A DNA stretch of 32,000 nucleotides from Cuniculiplasma divulgatum (GTDB lineage Archaea > Thermoplasmatota > Thermoplasmata > Thermoplasmatales > Thermoplasmataceae), in the NCBI RefSeq assembly GCF_900083515.1, contig NZ_LT671858.1, positions 840,001 to 872,000 of the forward strand, read 5' to 3'. The position numbers were made by a program, and so were the translations under genes. The notes beneath the pieces were generated by a model. It searched no databases. It was not told the origin of the DNA and saw only the letters and a list, made by a program, of their open reading frames with translations. Positions 27,795 to 32,000 of the stretch are shown one piece after another. The stretch's first letter is position 1. Each line of letters opens with the position of its first letter.

Positions 27795-27801
27795 GGTCCA
27801 T

Positions 27802-27984
27802 CTATTTCCTTCTGGATGGTTTGCCTCTCCTGGATATGGAACTAACAGCAGCTGCAACCATGAGAATAAAACCCAATGCACCAAGCAACAATGGAATAAA
27901 AGGATATTCAGGCAACATGCCCTTTACGTCCAGGAAGAATGAAACCAGAATGATTAATAGGCCTGTTACAAAGAGCTTAATCAT
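27802..27984 (-). CDS. 60-aa two-TM membrane peptide with a basic C-terminal tail
   Basis: Two hydrophobic helices (LFVTGLLIILVSFFL and FIPLLLGALGFILMVAAAV), then SRRGKPSRRK. The ATG overlaps the upstream TGA (ATGA). Confidence 0.5.
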   Translation of the reverse strand: MIKLFVTGLLIILVSFFLDVKGMLPEYPFIPLLLGALGFILMVAAAVSSISRRGKPSRRK

Positions 27985-28292
27985 TCTGCAGCTCCCTCCC
28001 TTTCCTCATCATCCCATGGATCTGAGGGTATTTCTCCTGGATCGTCAGGCAGATATGGTTCATCGATTCCTGGCTCCTTATCCCATGGTCTTCCTGGAAG
28101 ATCCCTTTCAGGTCCAGGAAACATGTGATCTGTTTTGTTGATTATAGTCCTTGTATTGAATATGCGATTTACCACTCTGTTTTTAACCATCTTCAAATTA
28201 GGTAATATAATTACACTGGAAAGGTTAAGCATACCTTCAAAGGTAGTAGTTGAAGGTATCATTTTGAAAGAATCAAAGTAGATGGCTTCCAT
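27981..28292 (-). CDS. Hypothetical protein with a Pro/Asp/Glu-rich C-terminus
   Basis: 103-aa ORF in the operon frame chain. It starts 1 nt after the stop of the upstream ORF. Confidence 0.45.
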   Translation of the reverse strand: MEAIYFDSFKMIPSTTTFEGMLNLSSVIILPNLKMVKNRVVNRIFNTRTIINKTDHMFPGPERDLPGRPWDKEPGIDEPYLPDDPGEIPSDPWDDEEREGAAE

Positions 28293-28293
28293 T

Positions 28294-28800
28294 TTAGATC
28301 ATCTCCCTGTATCGTTTCAGTGCATCGGATCTCTTCATGCCTTCCTCTTTCATCCTTCTTCTCTGTTGCATGGTAATCTCGGGATGTCCTTTTAGCCATG
28401 ATTCTTCCCTTTCCCTGTAGAGCGATTCTATAACATTTTGTCCCTTTCGTTCAACACTTCCTGGTATGTCAGGATCAATTCCCTGGATTCCCTTCTTTAC
28501 GACAATATCCCGGTTAAGCATCTCATATGTAAAGTAACCCTCAGATCCTTTTTTTGAGATCTTCCTCTGAGTTACAACAACATTGTGATCCTTAAACTTG
28601 GAGCTGCTGCATACATCCTCATTCGAATACCATGATCTGTGTTTGGCATTGGGATCCATGGGGCATATGGGAGCTGCACATCTTTCATAAAGGGGACATG
28701 CCTTAAAGGGTGTTTCTTCCTTATTCTGCAGCCTCTCGATAAATGATCTAACCTTTTCCTGGTCATCCTGGCTAAGCATGTATTCTGAAAGGGTTATCAT
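28294..28800 (-). CDS. Cys-rich hypothetical protein
   Basis: 168 aa. Cluster CPLYERCAAPICPMD...C suggests metal binding. ATGA overlap with the upstream ORF. Confidence 0.5.
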   Translation of the reverse strand: MITLSEYMLSQDDQEKVRSFIERLQNKEETPFKACPLYERCAAPICPMDPNAKHRSWYSNEDVCSSSKFKDHNVVVTQRKISKKGSEGYFTYEMLNRDIVVKKGIQGIDPDIPGSVERKGQNVIESLYREREESWLKGHPEITMQQRRRMKEEGMKRSDALKRYREMI

Positions 28801-29021
28801 TGAACCGCCTCCTTTGTTTCCCTCATTTCTGCATACATTCTCTGTACCATTTCCTGAACCTCTGGAAGTGTCCAGGAAAATTTCGCATGTGTGCAGCTGA
28901 TGGAAGAATCAAGAACACAATACATTCTTATGATTCCATCCTGATCCGGCGCTGCCTCTACGGGATAGGGTGTTTTCCCTTCCCTGACTATTATACATTT
29001 TGTTTTGATTTCAGATTGCAT
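28797..29021 (-). CDS. Hypothetical 74-aa protein
   Basis: GAGGTGA Shine-Dalgarno 6-7 nt upstream of the ATG at 29021. Its stop overlaps the next start. Confidence 0.45.
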   Translation of the reverse strand: MQSEIKTKCIIVREGKTPYPVEAAPDQDGIIRMYCVLDSSISCTHAKFSWTLPEVQEMVQRMYAEMRETKEAVQ

Positions 29022-29128
29022 TTTAGTTCACCTCATCTCTGAATATTTTGTTTCCAGCCCATACAATGACCCTTATAATGTAATAAGTAAGTCCGTTGTC
29101 CAGGATCCTTCTTATTGTTTCTATTCCG

Positions 29129-29446
29129 TTATTGCTCATTTTCAACTGAAACCACCTCCATCTTTGATCCGCATTCATCACAGTACTTCGCTCCTGGAAG
29201 GTTGTAATTTGAACACTCCTTGCAGATCCTCTTTAAAGCACTGCTCCGTTCAATCCTTATCTGTTCATTTCTCATTGCATAAACTATGTGAAAACAACTG
29301 TAAGAATTGCAAATCTCACAATGTAAGAGTCTTAGTTCCGGATCTAAAATTAAAGATCCCGTTCTTCCTGTATCGTTTTCATGCAGCGTGCAGATCACTA
29401 TTTCCTTTCTTTCTTCCACTTTCAGTTTTCCATTTTCCATTTTCAT
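29129..29446 (-). CDS. Zinc-ribbon protein
   Basis: Trimmed to the ATG at 29446, which has AAGGAGGT 3 nt upstream. Motifs CEICNSYSC and CKEC-x10-CDEC. Confidence 0.55.
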   Translation of the reverse strand: MKMENGKLKVEERKEIVICTLHENDTGRTGSLILDPELRLLHCEICNSYSCFHIVYAMRNEQIRIERSSALKRICKECSNYNLPGAKYCDECGSKMEVVSVENEQ

Positions 29447-29453
29447 TACCTCC

Positions 29454-29708
29454 TTAGATCTCCCTGAATACCAGGTAAAGTGATTCCTCATCCTCTATGC
29501 TTATCATGGTTAGGGATAATCCTCTTGTTTCAAACTCGGAAAGAAGTATTCTGAATATGCCTCCTGGCAATCCAGCATCATCAACTCCCTGTTTGTATTC
29601 CACATCTATTTCCTCATCCGTTCCTTGCTTGACCTCCAGTCCCCATCCATAAAGATGGAATATGCTGTCAGCCACTTTTTTCAAACTTTCTATACTCTGT
29701 TCATTCAT
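29454..29708 (-). CDS. Hypothetical 84-aa acidic protein
   Basis: Part of the operon chain, with an 8-nt overlap with the upstream ORF. Confidence 0.45.
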   Translation of the reverse strand: MNEQSIESLKKVADSIFHLYGWGLEVKQGTDEEIDVEYKQGVDDAGLPGGIFRILLSEFETRGLSLTMISIEDEESLYLVFREI

Positions 29709-29982
29709 TCTCTATCACTTCCTCTTTGGAGCATAAGGCCGCCCCTATGCCATCCTGTAAAAATTTTAGGATCTTAAAATCTGAGTCAAGCTCAGCTATA
29801 GATATCACTTTATCAAGTGGTATTCTATGGGTTCTTCCTGACTTCAACCCGTCAATTATAATTCTACTGAATGCGATTCTCTGAAACTCTCCTGTAAGTT
29901 TGTATGGTGCGTTCTTTGGTCCTATGTAATTTACACTTACAGTTGATCCCTGAAGATCCTTCCATGACATCTGAAGGATCAC
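29701..29982 (-). CDS. Hypothetical 93-aa protein
   Basis: GTG start at 29982 overlaps the TGA of the 670-aa ORF and has AAGGAGG 9 nt upstream. An alternative ATG lies at 29970. Confidence 0.45.
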   Translation of the reverse strand: MILQMSWKDLQGSTVSVNYIGPKNAPYKLTGEFQRIAFSRIIIDGLKSGRTHRIPLDKVISIAELDSDFKILKFLQDGIGAALCSKEEVIENE

Positions 29983-31991
29983 TGTTGATCGCCTCCTTTC
30001 AGTGGCCTGCTAAAAAAGACATTTGCCTCGCTTCCTTTATTGCCCCTTGTAAACCCTAGATCTTTCATCAGTCGATCGACGGTTTCACTGTTCTGGCGGT
30101 AGTATGCTCTCGGGATCGCTATGTTGAATTTATCCCCGTAGATGGAAACGCCGGTATCAGATGCGTTAAGATGAACTCCATGCTCTAGTAATAAATTGAC
30201 CGATTCTTCTCCCTGTTCTTTAGTTAGAGGTAATCCATGGAGTGGTTCTTGATTCAGGTTCCTTTCGTCATTATTAGAGTTTTCATTCTGGACGTCGGGT
30301 TTTAAAGGGTCTCCTTGCAGGTCTGGACTAAGAGGACGAAGAGGACTATCATTTTGGAAGGGGGGTAACTGATCATTCTCCTTTTTTGATTGCTGAGGCT
30401 TTGATTTATTGGCTTTAATATCGTTTTTGCTGTTACTTTGAGTGTGGGGGCTTCCTTTCTCATCGTCCTCATCGTCCTCATCGTCCAAGATTGACTGCTG
30501 AGCCTGTTCTATACTGGATAATTTGGCAAGAACAAATTCAGTGTCATATCTCGATCTCAATTCACTGATCTTTTTTTCATCAGGGATCTTTACCACAGTG
30601 TAACGTTTTGTGTAGTCCTGATCGTTACCATCGTTTCCTTTCCTAGTCCTTGTTATTCTCGGTCTGTCTGTTTTTAGGCCTAATGCAGATAATATCTTCC
30701 CTGCCTGTTTCGCGTAATCCCTTCCAATTTCATCATAAATTGCGCTAAGATATATTCCGGTATAGCTTCTTCCTCCTATACTGTACTGAGCAGTGGCCTC
30801 AGGAGAGTCCATTAGCGTCAGGACTTCATTGGCGATAATCCCGTTAGGAGTTTCAGCTGCAACCTGTGCATTCCTTAGTATCTGAGATTTAAGCACGTCC
30901 CCTATTTCCGATTTTAGTTCAGGTATGATCTCAAGAAGATCCTCAAAAAATGAAATAACCTCAAAAAGCCTTGGTTCTGTATGAGACTCATACAATTTCA
31001 AAAAATTGCTTCCCTTGATTTCGTTTATTTTATCGTGCCATTTTACCTTGAAATTAAGGAGCATGCCCCTGATTCTTCTGGCATCTCCGGTAAATTGATC
31101 CAGCGTTTTTCCTTTGATTTTCCTAGGTACATCTTCTCTGGCAAGTTCAAAGTCCATGTTTATTTGAAAGCTCTTTGATTCGATGGCATCATCCCTGAAC
31201 GGTGTCCTCCCGGCAAGAACCAACGGCCCAAAGATTCTATAACCTATTATAGCTGAGAATCCCTGCTGGATTTCATTATTTGCGTTGAGTACTAAGGCGT
31301 TCGCGTTATATTTTCCGTTGAGTATGGCAGCTAAGTCATTGTCCATCTGCCCTTTTTCATCCACGAAGAGAGGCGCACCGTACAGGTCAGAAATTCGCTT
31401 AAGAGCAGCTGATTTTATGTCAATAGAATAAAAGCCAAAAGGCGTTATCTCGCATGTTGTCGTTAGCAGTCTGGATTTTCCTTTACCGTAAGGCGCCAAT
31501 ATGTGAATAAAAGGAAAAGATGTATCCTTTAACGCATCAAATATCGCAGCCTTCATTACATATAGAGAAAGAATTATCTCATCCTCCGGTTTCAATTCCA
31601 TGAAAGTGTGAATAAATGCTTTTATTTCGCAATATAGTGCATATTCGCTCTCATATTCAACTGGAGCGGGAGGGAATTTAACAGATTCGAACCTATCTTC
31701 CTTTAGTATCCGATCACGTTTTGTTTGAGCTATCTGCGGAGCAGGCAATATAGTGATTTCTGAATTTTCAGAATCAGGATCCGGAATTTTTACTTCCGGC
31801 ACAACTTCCGTTTGTCCGTTCTTATATTTCAAAAACAACAACGATCCCTTTTCGTCGGTGAACTCACAATAGTGCCAGCCACCGTGAGAAAATCGTGTTT
31901 TGTATAGTTTTTGTTTCTCTTTGTTATCCTGGTCATTTTTCACTGCATCTCTTAGGTCTTTTCCATCTTTTTTAGTCCTATCGTTTGCCAT
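29979..31991 (-). CDS. P-loop NTPase, putative element replication / helicase-like protein (DUF3631-like core)
   Basis: Walker A LAPYGKGKSRLL and Walker B APLFVDEKG about 35 aa later. Then AAILNGKYNAN...FGPLVLAGRTPFRDDAIESKSFQINM, resembling the core of primase-associated NTPases of mobile elements. Acidic linker DDEDDEDDE. About 90-aa C-terminal domain. Confidence 0.6.
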   Translation of the reverse strand: MANDRTKKDGKDLRDAVKNDQDNKEKQKLYKTRFSHGGWHYCEFTDEKGSLLFLKYKNGQTEVVPEVKIPDPDSENSEITILPAPQIAQTKRDRILKEDRFESVKFPPAPVEYESEYALYCEIKAFIHTFMELKPEDEIILSLYVMKAAIFDALKDTSFPFIHILAPYGKGKSRLLTTTCEITPFGFYSIDIKSAALKRISDLYGAPLFVDEKGQMDNDLAAILNGKYNANALVLNANNEIQQGFSAIIGYRIFGPLVLAGRTPFRDDAIESKSFQINMDFELAREDVPRKIKGKTLDQFTGDARRIRGMLLNFKVKWHDKINEIKGSNFLKLYESHTEPRLFEVISFFEDLLEIIPELKSEIGDVLKSQILRNAQVAAETPNGIIANEVLTLMDSPEATAQYSIGGRSYTGIYLSAIYDEIGRDYAKQAGKILSALGLKTDRPRITRTRKGNDGNDQDYTKRYTVVKIPDEKKISELRSRYDTEFVLAKLSSIEQAQQSILDDEDDEDDEKGSPHTQSNSKNDIKANKSKPQQSKKENDQLPPFQNDSPLRPLSPDLQGDPLKPDVQNENSNNDERNLNQEPLHGLPLTKEQGEESVNLLLEHGVHLNASDTGVSIYGDKFNIAIPRAYYRQNSETVDRLMKDLGFTRGNKGSEANVFFSRPLKGGDQQ

Positions 31992-32000
31992 CGCTTATTT

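Larger units (their letters stand above)
25240..32000. mobile_element. Integrated plasmid- or provirus-like element at tRNA-Cys, truncated by the window end
   Basis: The integrase gene starts 50 bp after the tRNA 3' end. A repeat-rich ORF-poor region follows. Then comes a GC-richer, tightly overlapping minus-strand operon of small novel proteins plus a P-loop replication-type NTPase. attR is not visible. Confidence 0.75.

Noticed and set aside
123-31178. Listed ORFs lying antisense or out of frame inside longer, motif-supported genes. They are 123..365, 1265..1486, 1951..2172, 3347..3604, 3601..3801, 6231..6467, 7654..7878, 7718..7930, 8930..9163, 9279..9536, 10098..10292, 10105..10323, 10704..10973, 12371..12565, 14305..14487, 17742..17939, 18412..18606, 19652..19858, 21682..21909, 25567..25815, 26091..26285, 27727..27942, 27821..28141, 28572..28766, 28800..29042, 29005..29457 and 30981..31178.
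   Set aside because: Each is fully embedded in a longer ORF that has clear family motifs or operon context. Their translations are low-complexity or Cys/Phe/Leu-rich shadow-frame products with no motifs.
1-32000. CRISPR arrays, rRNA genes, IS transposases and known defence systems (R-M pairs, TA pairs, Cas, CBASS-like)
   Set aside because: By eye, there is no regularly spaced 25-40-bp repeat array, no rRNA-like sequence and no transposase or nuclease motifs. The only tandem repeats are the 11-12-bp iteron-like units at 26881-26914.

Overview
This is an AT-rich archaeal chromosome segment. Hand counts of 60-nt lines give about 23-40% G+C over most of the window. The lineage looks Thermoplasmatales-like, but that is an inference. 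It rests on an archaeal PriS primase, Dph6 diphthamide synthetase, a class III (pilin-type) signal peptide, sequon-rich surface proteins, an S53 sedolisin protease, an MMPL exporter and tRNAs with no encoded CCA.

Positions 1-25.1 kb are mostly ordinary chromosome. They hold purB, a radical-SAM enzyme, dph6, a peroxiredoxin, an MMPL/RND exporter, a 1054-aa S53 protease, priS, a rubrerythrin plus DUF3501-like pair, an ABC ATPase, an adenosine-specific-kinase-family protein, a GGR-type flavoprotein and a Zn alcohol dehydrogenase. There are four tRNA genes: Leu-CAA, Leu-CAG, Arg-CCG and Cys-GCA.

Two stretches look accessory. The first is 74-6891. It carries a translationally coupled three-gene operon of unknown function, tRNA-Leu, an orphan permuted methyltransferase and a lone pilin-like glycoprotein. 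The second runs from tRNA-Cys (25168) to the window end and is an integrated mobile element. It has an intact tyrosine integrase, a ~0.97-kb ORF-poor region packed with iteron-like and inverted repeats, and a more GC-rich minus-strand operon. That operon has nine tightly overlapping genes: a wHTH, a 2-TM peptide, Zn-ribbon/Cys-rich proteins and a 670-aa P-loop replication-type NTPase. The element's right end lies outside the window.

The element and its repeat-rich putative origin are the best candidates for something undescribed, followed by the 74-3822 operon. No CRISPR array, rRNA or recognisable defence system was seen.
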